From the NCBI GenBank assembly GCA_016874175.1, contig VGUP01000002.1, positions 3,983 through 67,982 on the forward strand: a stretch of 64,000 nucleotides of DNA. Direction: 5' to 3'. A model generated the notes under the pieces. The model was not told the origin of the DNA. It saw only the letters and a program-made list of their open reading frames with translations, and ran no database searches. Positions 35,456-46,137 of this stretch are shown here, in pieces. Origin of the DNA: Gammaproteobacteria bacterium. Lineage in GTDB: Bacteria > Pseudomonadota > Gammaproteobacteria > Steroidobacterales > Steroidobacteraceae. Position 1 is the stretch's first letter. Each line of letters starts with the position of its first letter. The position numbers and the translations under genes were made by a program.

Positions 35456-35877
35456 TCGTCGTCGCCGGGGCGCTGCTCGATCAAGACGGTCGGGTGTTGA
35501 TCGCCGAGCGTCCGCCGGGCAAGCGCATGGCTGGGCGCTGGGAATTTCCGGGTGGCAAGGTGGCAATCGACGAGTCACCGGAACAGGCTTTGCAGCGCGA
35601 GCTGCGCGAGGAACTCGGTGTCGAGGTGGCGCAGGCCGATTTCGTCATGGAGCTCGTGCACAGCTATCCCGATCGCGAAGTGCAACTGCGTTTTTATGTG
35701 GTCGATTCGTTCGTCGGTGAGCCGCAGTCACTCGATGGTCAGCGGCTGCGCTGGGTGACCCCCGCGCAACTCGACCATGCAGATATCCTCGAAGCGGACC
35801 TGCCTTTCATTCGCGCTTTGCAGCAGCGTGCGCGGGACGGCAAGATGTCGCCAGCCGCGGCGACGCCAGTTGCTTGA
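35431..35877 (+). CDS. mutT: 8-oxo-dGTP diphosphatase (Nudix)
   Basis: WEFPGGK....[16 protein letters not shown]udix box; follows secA. GTG 35431 chosen as start (uncertain). Confidence 0.88.
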
Positions 35878-35907
35878 TGGTGAACAAAACTTGCTGGTGA
35901 CTAAAAA

Positions 35908-37419
35908 ATGAGTAGCGCAGAGAGCAACCCCAAGCCCGATGAATCGCCGCCACGGCCGAGTGGCGAACTCATCGAGGTGCGCAATCCGCGCACCGGGCAA
36001 ATCGACTACGACTTCAATGCGCCGAGCGAGGTGGAGCTCGCCGCGCGGCTCGATGCGATGCGGCACGCGCAGCAGCGCTGGGCCGCCCGTCCGCTCGAAG
36101 AACGGATTGCCATCCTCACGCGTTGGCGCGGCAAATGGGTCGCGAGACAAGCTGAAATCATTGGCGCACTCGCTCACGATACCGGCCGATTTTTGATCGC
36201 CACCAGCGAGGTGGGTTCGGTGCTCGGCATGATCGATCGCTGGATTGCGATCGTGCCTGGCCTTGCCCAAGAAGAAGAACTGCGTTCGGCTACCATGTCG
36301 AATATTTCCTATCGTTCGCAGTACTTGCCTTACCCGCTCGTCGGCATCATCAGTCCGTGGAATTTTCCGGTGTCGCTGTGTTTCATTGACGCCATCCCGG
36401 CGCTGCTCGCGGGCTGTGCGGTGTACATCAAGCCGAGTGAAGTCACGCCACGTTTCGTCGAGCCGGTGATGCGCAGCATCGCCGCCGTCCCGGAGCTCGC
36501 CGAGGTGCTGCACGTACAGCCGGGCGGACGCGCGACCGGCGAGCAGCTCGTGACCGGCGTCGATGTGGTGTGCTTCACCGGCAGCGTCGCCACCGGCCGT
36601 ATCGTAGCCGAAAATGCCGCGCGTAATTTCATCCCGGCCTTTCTCGAGTTGGGCGGCAACGATCCGCTCATCATTACCGCAAGCGCCGATCTCGAGCGCG
36701 CGACCGATGTGGCGCTGCGCGCAACTTGTCTCGCCACCGGTCAGGCCTGTCAGAGCCTCGAGCGCGTTTATGTTGATCGCCGTATATACGAGCCTTTCAT
36801 CGCCATGCTGGTGGCGAAGGCGCGACGCGTCGAGCCCAACTGGCCCGATATTCACCAGGGTACAATCGGCCCCTTCATCTATGGAAAACAGGCCGAGATC
36901 GTCGCCGCGCAGCTTTCCGAGGCCGTCGCCAAGGGTGCACGCGTACTTTGCGGCGGCAGTATCGAAGACCATGGCGGCAAGTGGCTGCGACCTACCGTGC
37001 TCGTCGATGTGAATCACGATATGCGTATCATGCACCACGAAACTTTTGGTCCGGTGATTCCGGTGATGGCCTACGACAGCATCGATGAAGCGATCGATCT
37101 CGCCAACGAAGGGGTTTACGGCCTCTCAGCCGGCGTAATCGCGGGCACGCTCGAGGAAGCCGAGAACATTGGGCGGCGTATCGATGCCGGCGGCATCAGT
37201 CTCAATGACGGCTCGCTCACCGCGATGTGCCACGAAATGGAGAAGCATTCCTTCAAGCTCTCCGGCATGGGTGGTTCGCGCATGGGTGCGGCGGGTTACA
37301 CTCGCTTTTTCCGTCGCAAGGTGCTCATCCGCCAGCACGGACAACCGGCTACCATGGCGAACATCGCCGAATCGAATCTCAGCACAGGAAAAAAAAATTA
37401 TGAGTATCCAGGACCTTAG
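35908..37419 (+). CDS. NAD(P)-dependent aldehyde dehydrogenase, substrate unknown
   Basis: GIISPWNFP, KPSEVTP, FTGSVATG, LELGG (catalytic Glu), GQAC (catalytic Cys), ETFGP. Confidence 0.93.
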   Translation: MSSAESNPKPDESPPRPSGELIEVRNPRTGQIDYDFNAPSEVELAARLDAMRHAQQRWAARPLEERIAILTRWRGKWVARQAEIIGALAHDTGRFLIATSEVGSVLGMIDRWIAIVPGLAQEEELRSATMSNISYRSQYLPYPLVGIISPWNFPVSLCFIDAIPALLAGCAVYIKPSEVTPRFVEPVMRSIAAVPELAEVLHVQPGGRATGEQLVTGVDVVCFTGSVATGRIVAENAARNFIPAFLELGGNDPLIITASADLERATDVALRATCLATGQACQSLERVYVDRRIYEPFIAMLVAKARRVEPNWPDIHQGTIGPFIYGKQAEIVAAQLSEAVAKGARVLCGGSIEDHGGKWLRPTVLVDVNHDMRIMHHETFGPVIPVMAYDSIDEAIDLANEGVYGLSAGVIAGTLEEAENIGRRIDAGGISLNDGSLTAMCHEMEKHSFKLSGMGGSRMGAAGYTRFFRRKVLIRQHGQPATMANIAESNLSTGKKNYEYPGP

Positions 37420-37789
37420 TCTGCCGGACATCAAGATCGATGCCACCAGCCTCTACCGCGAAGAGGTTTTCACCGATCGCCGTGCGGGTACGCTGCGTCG
37501 CCTGCTGCCGGTTACTGCAGACGGTGCGCCCGATGCGGCGCGTCCCGTGCTTTGGCTGGGGCAGACCCAGCTGATGACCCCGGGCGGCGTGCTGCCGCTC
37601 GGCTTCGAGATCGAGGCGGCCACGCTCCCTGAGGCCATCGAAAAATTTCCGAATGCGGTGCACAAGGCGGTCGAAGATGCCATCGAAGAAGCGCAGCAGA
37701 TGCGTCGCGAGGCCGGTTCGCGCATCGTCGTGCCCGAAGGGGGCGCCGCGCTCGGTCAGTCTCTTGCAAGCAAGATAAAACTGCCCTGA
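37400..37789 (+). CDS. Hypothetical cytoplasmic protein (129 aa)
   Basis: AGGA RBS and ATG at 37400, host-like codon usage, protein-like sequence LYREEVFTDRRAGTLRRL.PV..DG; no family recognised with certainty. Confidence 0.75.
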   Translation: MSIQDLSLPDIKIDATSLYREEVFTDRRAGTLRRLLPVTADGAPDAARPVLWLGQTQLMTPGGVLPLGFEIEAATLPEAIEKFPNAVHKAVEDAIEEAQQMRREAGSRIVVPEGGAALGQSLASKIKLP

Positions 37790-37807
37790 GACCGTACGCG
37801 CTCGCGA

Positions 37808-38449
37808 TCAAGCCGACTCGGCGACCTGTTGATAGACCTCTGCGAACTCGGCGGCTGACTTCACGCACACCGCGAGATCCTTGAGTAGGCCGTCGTGCAG
37901 GTCGTAGATCCAGCCGTGGATCTCGAGCGCTTTACCGCGGTCCCAAGCGCTTTGCACGATCGTAGTCTGGCCGACGTTGAGTACTTGTTCCATCACGTTG
38001 AGTTCGCAGAGTCGGTGCAGTCGGCTGGCTTTATCGGGCAGTTCGTCGAGCCGCGTACGGTGTTTTTTCATCACGTCTTGCACGTGACGTAACCAGTTGT
38101 CGATGAGACCAAGGCGTGAATTGTTGAGTGCCGCCTGTACGCCACCACAGCCATAGTGGCCGCAGACGATCACGTGCTCGACGTCGAGCACATCGACTGC
38201 ATACTGCAGCACGGACAGGCAGTTGAGGTCGGTATGCACCACCACGTTGGCGACGTTACGGTGTACAAAGAGTTCGCCGGGCGGCAGCCCGACAATTTCG
38301 TTAGCCGGCACGCGACTGTCGGCGCAGCCTATCCAAAGATAATCCGGTGATTGCTGGCTGACGAGTTTGGTGAAAAATTCCGGGTCCTCCGCAGATTTTT
38401 CCGCAGACCAGATCTTGTTGCGATCGAACAGGGGTTTGAGGCTGCGCAA
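37808..38449 (-). CDS. can: Beta-class carbonic anhydrase
   Basis: [23 protein letters not shown] zinc ligands; TTG start at 38449 with GGAG RBS. Confidence 0.95.
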   Translation of the reverse strand: MRSLKPLFDRNKIWSAEKSAEDPEFFTKLVSQQSPDYLWIGCADSRVPANEIVGLPPGELFVHRNVANVVVHTDLNCLSVLQYAVDVLDVEHVIVCGHYGCGGVQAALNNSRLGLIDNWLRHVQDVMKKHRTRLDELPDKASRLHRLCELNVMEQVLNVGQTTIVQSAWDRGKALEIHGWIYDLHDGLLKDLAVCVKSAAEFAEVYQQVAESA

Positions 38450-38471
38450 TGGGGCGTACTCCGGCGTTGGG

Positions 38472-40829
38472 TCAGTGTGCGGCGATCGGTTCGCCGCTGG
38501 ATCGATCGAGTTTAGGGCGATCGGGGCGCAGCGTCCGCGCAAAGAAAAGAGCGACCATATCGTAGGCGTGTGGGCCGGTGGCGCCGAAGCGTAGCAGCCC
38601 GTGCTTGCTACCGGGGTAGGGCATGACCTCGAAAGGCTTGCGCAGATCCTGTAATTTTTTGAAGAGCGCCGTACTATGGGTGAAGAGCACGTTGTCATCG
38701 GCCATGCCATGTATGACGAGCAACGGTCCGCCGAGATCGGCGGCGTGCGTCATGACCATGCCATCGCGATAACCCGCGGAGTTATCGGCTGGCGTACTCA
38801 TGAAGCGCTCGGTGTAGTGCGTGTCGTAGAGCCGCCAGTCGGTCACCGGCGCGCCGGAAACACCCGCCGTGAAATGCCCCGGCGCGCGCACCATGCACAT
38901 CAGCGCCATGTAGCCGCCGTAGCTCCAGCCCCATACGCCGATGCGCATGCCATCGACATACGGCAGCGTGCGTAGAAAGTCGACGCCGAGCTTTTGATCT
39001 TCGACCTCGATCGAGCCTATGCGGCGGTAGATCGCACCCTCGAACGTACGACCACGAAAACCCGAGCCGCGATTGTCGATGGTGAAGACCACATAGCCTT
39101 GCTGCGCCAAAAATTGCCGAAATAGACCACCCCAGGCGCGTCGCACCTGCTGTGCGCCCGGGCCGCCGTAGACCTCGACGATCACCGGATATCTTTTGCC
39201 GGCTTCGAGTCCCTGCGGTTTGGTGAGTTGGTAGTGCAGCACCTGCCCATCACTTGCGGTCAGCGTACCGAAGGTGGTGACCTGATGAGACGCGCGGTAG
39301 GGCGAATAAGGGTGGGTATCATCGAGTCGGTTCGCGACCAGTACATCGATCAGACTGCCATCGGCGCGGCGCAGGCTGAGTGAGGGCGGTTCGTCGGGCG
39401 TCGAGAACGTGTCGAGCCAAAGACGTGCATCAGCCGACATGGCGTTCGCATGCCAGCCCGCACTCGTGCTGAGTCGGCGGACATTGGCCTCGATTCGTCG
39501 CGGTTCCGTCGGTCCGTCGAGCGGCGCGACGTAGAGATGTCGCTCGATCGGGGTGTCGCGATTGGCTGTGAAATAGACCAGACCGCGCGCTTCATCGACG
39601 GCTTCGATCGCTCGCTCGCGGCCGCTGCCGGTGACCATCCACGCGCCCGCGGTGAGCGGACGCAGCAGCTTGCCGCTGTAATCATGCAGGTAGAGATGGT
39701 CGTGGCCGCTGCGTGCCGACGACCAGATGAATGCGCGACGCTTCGGCAAAAAGGTCAGTTCGTCGTTCAGATCAACCCAAGTGTCGCTGCGCTCCTCGAG
39801 AAGCACTCGCGCCTCACCGGTCGCCACCTCGACCCGCAGCAGCTGCAGCGATTTTTGATCGCGCGGTTGACGCTGCACGGCTAGCGCCGTGGAGTCCGGG
39901 AACCAACCGACCCGCGCCAGATAACCCTCGCCCGCGGCTGCAGCGGGTAACTCGCGATCGCTGCTGTTGCCAAGCTCGTGCAGCCGCAGATCGACGCGCG
40001 CGTTCAGTCGTCCTGCTGCCGGATATCTTTGGCGGATTACTTTGACCGTTTCGGCGTAAATCTCGAACCGCTCGAGTTCATCGACGGTTGACTCGTCGAC
40101 GCGGGTGTAGGCGATACGCCGCTCGTCGGGCGACCACCAATAGCCGGTGCTGCGGTCCATCTCTTCCTGGGCGATAAACTCGGCTACACCGAAGGAGACG
40201 AGGCCGCCGCCACTGCGGGTGATCGCCGTCTCCCGCCCCGACTGCAAGTCGATCACGTACAAATTTTGTTCGCGGACGAAAGTCACATAGCGACCGCGCG
40301 GCGAAAAACGGGCGTCGGTTTCGGCGGCGACGGTGGTGGTCAGTCGACGCACTGGCGAGCTGCCTGCGCTTGCACGCAAGTCGTACAAAAACAAATCGCC
40401 GGCGAGCGGCAGCAGCAGAAAGCGCGAATCTGCCGAAAATTCGTAATCGACGATACCGGCGAGCGCGGAGGTCCGCGCGCGCTCGCGTCGGGCTTCTTCC
40501 TCGGGCGAGAGCTTGCCCTCATCGGCGACCAGCGCTGCCGAATCGACCAGCAGCCGACTCTGTTTGGTGGCGGTGTCATAGGCCCAGACATCGAGCCGAT
40601 CTTTCGCCTCAGCTTTGCCCTGCAGATAGGTCACCCACTTGCCGTCGGGTGAGAAGCGCGCGCCGCGCAGTGTGGGGCCGGAGAGGTCGGGCGCAGCGAA
40701 CAGTCTTTCGATGGTGAGTTTGGAAGGTTCGGCCAGTGCTACGCCTGCGGCGATTACCGCTTGGAGCGCAGCGAGGGTCGCCACGACCGAAGCCGGAGCA
40801 TTCAACCGACGATTGAAAGTGCTGCCCAT
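38472..40829 (-). CDS. S9B dipeptidyl-peptidase IV-like exported peptidase
   Basis: Signal-like N-terminus, [23 protein letters not shown] (Ser), DDNV (Asp), SKHG (His). Start 40829 preferred to 40901. Confidence 0.93.
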   Translation of the reverse strand: MGSTFNRRLNAPASVVATLAALQAVIAAGVALAEPSKLTIERLFAAPDLSGPTLRGARFSPDGKWVTYLQGKAEAKDRLDVWAYDTATKQSRLLVDSAALVADEGKLSPEEEARRERARTSALAGIVDYEFSADSRFLLLPLAGDLFLYDLRASAGSSPVRRLTTTVAAETDARFSPRGRYVTFVREQNLYVIDLQSGRETAITRSGGGLVSFGVAEFIAQEEMDRSTGYWWSPDERRIAYTRVDESTVDELERFEIYAETVKVIRQRYPAAGRLNARVDLRLHELGNSSDRELPAAAAGEGYLARVGWFPDSTALAVQRQPRDQKSLQLLRVEVATGEARVLLEERSDTWVDLNDELTFLPKRRAFIWSSARSGHDHLYLHDYSGKLLRPLTAGAWMVTGSGRERAIEAVDEARGLVYFTANRDTPIERHLYVAPLDGPTEPRRIEANVRRLSTSAGWHANAMSADARLWLDTFSTPDEPPSLSLRRADGSLIDVLVANRLDDTHPYSPYRASHQVTTFGTLTASDGQVLHYQLTKPQGLEAGKRYPVIVEVYGGPGAQQVRRAWGGLFRQFLAQQGYVVFTIDNRGSGFRGRTFEGAIYRRIGSIEVEDQKLGVDFLRTLPYVDGMRIGVWGWSYGGYMALMCMVRAPGHFTAGVSGAPVTDWRLYDTHYTERFMSTPADNSAGYRDGMVMTHAADLGGPLLVIHGMADDNVLFTHSTALFKKLQDLRKPFEVMPYPGSKHGLLRFGATGPHAYDMVALFFARTLRPDRPKLDRSSGEPIAAH

Positions 40830-40886
40830 GATCGCTGCCCGTCCAGTACTGTATGCGGAAAATCCCACCGCAGTGTAGAGAGGAAC

Positions 40887-43109
40887 ATGCACCATCGCCA
40901 CCCGAGCCGAGTGCGACCCTTTGGCGTAGCGTCCGCTCGCGCCGTCCTTTTGGCTTTATTACTCGTCGCCACCCTGAGTGCTTGTCTTGCTATGCCCACC
41001 GAAGACGCCACCGCCAAAAATCAGGTGACCACTCCCGGCGCGCTAACGCTTGCCTATCCCTTGGCAGCACGTGGCGAGGTCGTCGATAACTATCACGGCG
41101 TCGCTGTTGCCGACCCGTATCGTTGGCTCGAAGAATCTGCAGCCGCGCCCACTCGCGAATTCGTGCGTGCGCAAAATGGGCTGGCGCAGCCCTGGCTCGA
41201 GGCGTTGCCGCAGCGCCCGTGGATTCACCAGCGTCTCACCGAGCTCTGGAACTACGAGCGCGTCGGCGTGCCTCGCCTTAAAGGTGGCAAATATTTCTTT
41301 ATGCGGAACGACGGTACCCAGAACCAAAGCGTGCTGTATGTCGCCGACACCTTGCAGGCTGCGCCGCGCGTGCTCTTCGATCCGAATACCGCGAGTTGCG
41401 ATGCGACGGTGGCGCTTACGCGCTACGAGCCTTCACCGGACGGCAAGATCATCGCCTATTCACTCTCCGATGGCGGTACTGATTGGGAGATCTGGAGATT
41501 TCGTCGGGTGGCAGACAGCGTCGATTTGCCGGACGAACTGCGCTTCACCAAATTTTGGGAGCTCTCTTGGGCGCCCGATGGCTCGGGCGTTTACTACAGC
41601 CGTTATCCGCAGCGTGCAGACGATGCGGTACGCGGCGACGATCAGGGGCAGCCGGCGGTCTTTTTTCATCGCCTCGGCGAGTCGCAAGATCGCGATACTT
41701 TAGTCTACCGCGTCAGCAATCATCCGACGCGTGCCCCCTCAGCGAGTGTCTCGGACGATGGCCGCTGGTTGTTCATCAGCCTGGCCGACGGGTATCGCAC
41801 GAACGGTGTTGAGCTGATCGATTTGCGCAAACCGGCGGCGGGCGTACGAACGCTGTTCGGCGCCTGGGATGCGCGCTACGAGGTGATCGGCAGCGAGGGT
41901 GACACGCTGTACGTCGTGACCACCAATAATGCACCGCGCGGCCGTGTGATTGCTGTCAATGCCACGGATCCGGCACCCGCAAAGTGGCGCGAGCTCGTGC
42001 CCCAAGACCGCCTTGCACTTGATGAGGCGAGTTTTGTCGGCAGTCGCATCATCGTGCGTTATGTGCGCGATGCGCACGGCGTCGCCCGCGTGTTCGATCG
42101 CGAGGGTCGCGCGCAGGGCGAAGTGGCCGTGCCCGGTCTCGGCACCATTGCCGGATTCGGTGGTAATTCGACCGACAAAGAAACGTTCTTCGCCTATGCG
42201 GACTATCTGAGTCCGGGGCAGGTGATGCGCCTCGATCTGCTCGATAACTCGGTGTCAGCGTGGCGCACGCCGAAATTTACCGCCGACACCTCGCGCTATG
42301 TGACCAAGCAATTCTTTTACCCGAGTCGCGATGGCGCCCGCGTGCCGATGTTCATCACTCATCGTCGCGACTTCACGCCCGATGGCAAGACGCCGACCCT
42401 GCTTTATGGCTATGGTGGTTTCAATGTGTCGGTGACGCCGAGCTTTCGGCCTACCGTCATCACTTGGCTCGAGATGGGTGGCATTTACGTCGAGGCCAAC
42501 CTGCGTGGGGGTGGCGAGTACGGTGAGCCGTGGCACGAGGCGGGGACCAAGACGCGCAAGCAAAATGTCTTTGATGATTTCATTACCGCTGCCGAATTTT
42601 TGATCCGCGAAGGCTACACCTCGCCCAAGCATCTGGCGATCTCCGGACGCAGCAACGGAGGGCTCTTGGTCGGTGCGACCTTGCTGCAGCGACCCGATCT
42701 TTTCGCTGCCGCCTTGCCGGGTGTCGGCGTATTCGACATGCTTCGCTATCAAACCGCGAGTGCCAACGCGCGACAGTGGTCTTCCGATTACGGACTTGCC
42801 GAGAACCCGGCAGAATTCGCCGCGCTGCGCGCCTACTCGCCGGTGCACAACGTGAAGCCTGGTAGCTGCTATCCGCCGACGCTGATCACCACCGCCGATC
42901 GCGATGATCGAGTCGTACCCTGGCACAGTTACAAGTTTGCCGCTGCGCTGCAGCACGGGCAGGGCTGTGCAGCGCCGATCTTGCTGCGGGTCGAGACCCG
43001 TGCCGGCCATGGTGCGGGCAAGCCGATCTGGATGCAGATCGAAGATTTCGCCGATCAATGGGCGTTCGCCGCCGCCATGCTTGGCGTCACGGCACCCGGC
43101 GCTCGGTGA
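40887..43109 (+). CDS. S9A prolyl oligopeptidase, probable lipoprotein
   Basis: AGGA RBS; LSAC lipobox-like motif; DPYRWLE, YGYGGF, GRSNGG (Ser), DDRV (Asp), AGHG (His). Confidence 0.95.
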   Translation: MHHRHPSRVRPFGVASARAVLLALLLVATLSACLAMPTEDATAKNQVTTPGALTLAYPLAARGEVVDNYHGVAVADPYRWLEESAAAPTREFVRAQNGLAQPWLEALPQRPWIHQRLTELWNYERVGVPRLKGGKYFFMRNDGTQNQSVLYVADTLQAAPRVLFDPNTASCDATVALTRYEPSPDGKIIAYSLSDGGTDWEIWRFRRVADSVDLPDELRFTKFWELSWAPDGSGVYYSRYPQRADDAVRGDDQGQPAVFFHRLGESQDRDTLVYRVSNHPTRAPSASVSDDGRWLFISLADGYRTNGVELIDLRKPAAGVRTLFGAWDARYEVIGSEGDTLYVVTTNNAPRGRVIAVNATDPAPAKWRELVPQDRLALDEASFVGSRIIVRYVRDAHGVARVFDREGRAQGEVAVPGLGTIAGFGGNSTDKETFFAYADYLSPGQVMRLDLLDNSVSAWRTPKFTADTSRYVTKQFFYPSRDGARVPMFITHRRDFTPDGKTPTLLYGYGGFNVSVTPSFRPTVITWLEMGGIYVEANLRGGGEYGEPWHEAGTKTRKQNVFDDFITAAEFLIREGYTSPKHLAISGRSNGGLLVGATLLQRPDLFAAALPGVGVFDMLRYQTASANARQWSSDYGLAENPAEFAALRAYSPVHNVKPGSCYPPTLITTADRDDRVVPWHSYKFAAALQHGQGCAAPILLRVETRAGHGAGKPIWMQIEDFADQWAFAAAMLGVTAPGAR

Positions 43110-43126
43110 GCGCCGGGCGGCCGAGC

Positions 43127-43750
43127 TCAGGCCTTCGAGCTTGGCCGCGCGGCGATCGCCGCGTACCAGCGCGATAGATGTTGCTGCGTGGGCTGCAGAC
43201 GAATCCCCGAGGGTTTGCCGAACTCGAGCGTGGTGAAGGCCACGATGTCGGCGAAGCTGAAACTGTCGCCGGCGACAAAGGGGCGCGCCGCGAGCAGACC
43301 GTCGATACGTTGCCACTCGGCCAGCACTTGCTCACGAGTGAGCGCGCCATATTCGGCAATCTGTGTGACTCGGCCCTGCCAAAAGCGATGGGTGTGCCGA
43401 AATGCCTGCGTCGTCGGCACATAAATGCGGAACATCAAACCGAGAGTCATCGCTTCGATGCGCGCGCGGGCGAGTGGGGTCGCACCGAACAGGCAGGGCT
43501 CCGGATGCAGCGACTCGAGGTAGCGGCAAATGGCGAGTGATTCCTGCAGCCGCGTGCCATCGTCGAGCTCGAGTACCGGCACTTCGCCGAGCGGATTCAC
43601 TTCGAGAAACGCCGCCACTTGAGTTTCGTGGGCGGCGATATCCACGGGAACTCGCGTGATGCGTACGCCCCGCGCTTCGAGACCTTTTTCGGCGATGAAC
43701 ATGCGCACGCGGCGCGGACTTGGCGCGAAGTCGTTGTCGTACAGTTTCAT
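43127..43750 (-). CDS. Glutathione S-transferase family protein
   Basis: MKLY...APSPRRVRMFIAEKG, NPLGEVPVLELDDG, ESLAICRYLE, FSFADI. Confidence 0.92.
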   Translation of the reverse strand: MKLYDNDFAPSPRRVRMFIAEKGLEARGVRITRVPVDIAAHETQVAAFLEVNPLGEVPVLELDDGTRLQESLAICRYLESLHPEPCLFGATPLARARIEAMTLGLMFRIYVPTTQAFRHTHRFWQGRVTQIAEYGALTREQVLAEWQRIDGLLAARPFVAGDSFSFADIVAFTTLEFGKPSGIRLQPTQQHLSRWYAAIAARPSSKA

Positions 43751-44562
43751 CAGTTGCAGCAGATGAGCTCGAAGGGTACGTCCGCTTCGATCTGCCGCGC
43801 GCGCTCATTCAACCCTTGCCAACTGACGAAGCGCACGCTCGCGCGGTAATGACTGCCGCTGATCTCGGGAAAGAGTCCGAGCTCGGCCGCCACTGCCACG
43901 CGCAGTAGTTGCACTGGGCTGCCGCGATCAAAAGTGATGTGAAAGACGCCGTTCACTGCGGTCTCGCTGCGGGCGCGTCCGCCTTGTCTCGCCAGCCAAA
44001 GTAATTCGGCGATCGAATCGCCAAGCGGTCGCAACAAACCCAGCCACTCGGCTAGCGCTTGCTCGCGCACTTCGCCGGCTTGACTCAGCCAAAAAGAAAA
44101 ATCCGGCAAATCGAAATCGCAGGTGCCGCCGGGGATGGTGCTGCGATGACGGATCGCCGCCAGAAAAGTCGAATCGCGCAGTGGCTGCATCCAACCTGCA
44201 TCGGCGCTCAGCAATTCGGTGCGCAAGCGACCGAGATTGGCCACCAGTGCTTGCAGACGATCGACATCGATATTCGGACGACGCTGGAACTCGGTGTACA
44301 CCGCGATCTGCCGCTCGAGTTCTTTGAGCACATCGGCGCGGGTATCGCTGCGAGTGATGATGGCGAGAATGTCGAGCAGGCTGGCGATGGCGGTGCGGCT
44401 GCCCCACGGCGAGCGCGAGTGCGCATGAAAGAGTGCCTGGTTGTACAGAAAATCGATGCGCAAATAGGTGCGCATCCGCTCGTTCAGCGGTTGCTCGAAA
44501 ACCAGCGGTCCCCCGTTGCCCGCAGGCGCCGGGGCCGCTTCGTCTGCAGACCCCTCGGACAT
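43750..44562 (-). CDS. zapD: Z-ring-associated protein ZapD
   Basis: FEQPLNERMR..LR, IPGGTC.FDLP, FPEISG..YR..VRF; follows coaE. Confidence 0.93.
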   Translation of the reverse strand: MSEGSADEAAPAPAGNGGPLVFEQPLNERMRTYLRIDFLYNQALFHAHSRSPWGSRTAIASLLDILAIITRSDTRADVLKELERQIAVYTEFQRRPNIDVDRLQALVANLGRLRTELLSADAGWMQPLRDSTFLAAIRHRSTIPGGTCDFDLPDFSFWLSQAGEVREQALAEWLGLLRPLGDSIAELLWLARQGGRARSETAVNGVFHITFDRGSPVQLLRVAVAAELGLFPEISGSHYRASVRFVSWQGLNERARQIEADVPFELICCN

Positions 44563-44626
44563 CCCGATATTCTGTTACAGGGGACGCAGGGCCGCCACTA
44601 TTGGCTAAAAGTATTGGCTGGAGGTC

Positions 44627-45217
44627 TTACGCGAGCTGCAGGTAGCGATCGTGCAAGGTCGCAACCTGGGTTTCGAGCGCTGCCAGATCGCCGTCGTTGA
44701 CGATGACATCGTCGGCGATGGCGAGTCGCGCCGCCCGACTCGCTTGGGCGGCGAGCACCGCACGCGCCCCGGCCTCGTCCACTTGGTCGCGGGCCATCAC
44801 CCGCCGAATCTGCAGATCCTCGGGGCAATCGACCACCAATACGCGATCGAGGTCGCGGCGACCACCGCCCTCGGTCAGCAAGGGAATTTCATTGATGACG
44901 TACGCGCCTTGAGCCTGGGCGTTGAGTTCAGCCATGCGAGCGCGGATCGCCGGATGGGTAATGGCTTCGAGAGCGCGCCGCGCGGCCGGGTCTGCGAACA
45001 CCACTGCCCGCAACGCCCGCCGATCGAGGCTGCCATCGGCCGCAAGCACGCTTGCGCCGAAGCGCTCGCGAATGGCGGCGAGCGCCGGCGCACCGGGGGC
45101 CACGATCTCACGCGCAATCTGGTCGCTGTCGATCACCGTGATGCCGCGCGCGGCAAAGAATTCAGCAACCCGGGTTTTGCCGCTGGCGATACCGCCGGTG
45201 AGCCCGACTTTGAACAT
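44627..45217 (-). CDS. coaE: Dephospho-CoA kinase
   Basis: VGLTGGIASGKT, LDR..LR..VF, LEAITHP.I, ADDVI.N. Confidence 0.96.
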   Translation of the reverse strand: MFKVGLTGGIASGKTRVAEFFAARGITVIDSDQIAREIVAPGAPALAAIRERFGASVLAADGSLDRRALRAVVFADPAARRALEAITHPAIRARMAELNAQAQGAYVINEIPLLTEGGGRRDLDRVLVVDCPEDLQIRRVMARDQVDEAGARAVLAAQASRAARLAIADDVIVNDGDLAALETQVATLHDRYLQLA

Positions 45218-45231
45218 GGCCGTTAGCCTCT

Positions 45232-46137
45232 CTAGGGATCCAGCGACCACAGGGCTGGCGGCGGGCCGAGCAGCAGGCCGCCGGGCAGGGCATCACCCGC
45301 CATCATTACGAGCCAACCCGCCGCGGCGAGATACGGACCGAAGGCGAGGGGTTGCTCGCGAGCCCGACCAAAGAAAAAAATCAGCAGCAGACCGATCACG
45401 GCGCCGGCCACGGAAGACGCAAGCACGATCGGCAGCAGCGCGGCCGGACCTAGCCAGGCGCCGAGTGCTGCGAGAAGTTTGAAATCGCCGTAGCCCATGC
45501 CTTCTTTGCCGGTGACGAGCTTGAACGCCTGGTATACCGACCACAGCACGAGATAGCCGATGATCGCTCCCATGACGGCGCTGCGAACATCGCCCGCAAG
45601 GCTTGTGGCAAGACCCAACCACAGCAGTGGCAGCGTCAACTGATCCGGCAGGTAGTGCGTGTCGAAGTCGATCACGGCGAGCGCGAGCAAAAAGCCTGTG
45701 ATCACGAGCGCAGCGACGCACTCGACCGTCGGCCCGAAGCGCAGGGCAACCGCGACAAAAGCGCAAGCGCTCGCCAGTTCAACCAGCGGATAGCGTGGTG
45801 AGATCGTCGTGCCGCAGGCGGCGCATTGGCCGCGCAACAAAAGCCAGCCGAGCAACGGCACCAGATGCAGCGCACGGATCGGCGTTTGACACGCGGGGCA
45901 ATGTGAACGCGGCGCGACCAAATCGTAGCGGGCGGCGCGGGGCGGTTCGGGCTCGCCCGCCAGTTCTGTGCACTGCGCGCGCCAGTCGCGCTCGAGCATG
46001 CGTGGCAAGCGGTGGATCACGGTATTGAGAAAGCTACCGACGAGCAGACCCGCAAGCGCGGCGACGGCCGGCAACACACCAGGCAGCGCGAGCGCCAGCA
46101 ACCACGACTCGGGAATCCACCCGCCGACCTCCGTCAT
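45232..46137 (-). CDS. pilD: Prepilin peptidase / N-methyltransferase
   Basis: GSFLN..I.RLP, two CxxC (CPAC, CAAC), ID...[19 protein letters not shown]. Confidence 0.95.
   Translation of the reverse strand: MTEVGGWIPESWLLALALPGVLPAVAALAGLLVGSFLNTVIHRLPRMLERDWRAQCTELAGEPEPPRAARYDLVAPRSHCPACQTPIRALHLVPLLGWLLLRGQCAACGTTISPRYPLVELASACAFVAVALRFGPTVECVAALVITGFLLALAVIDFDTHYLPDQLTLPLLWLGLATSLAGDVRSAVMGAIIGYLVLWSVYQAFKLVTGKEGMGYGDFKLLAALGAWLGPAALLPIVLASSVAGAVIGLLLIFFFGRAREQPLAFGPYLAAAGWLVMMAGDALPGGLLLGPPPALWSLDP

Noticed and set aside
40845..40870. TACTGTATG as a possible LexA box
   Set aside because: The second half-site (ACAG at the CTGT-N8-ACAG spacing) is absent.
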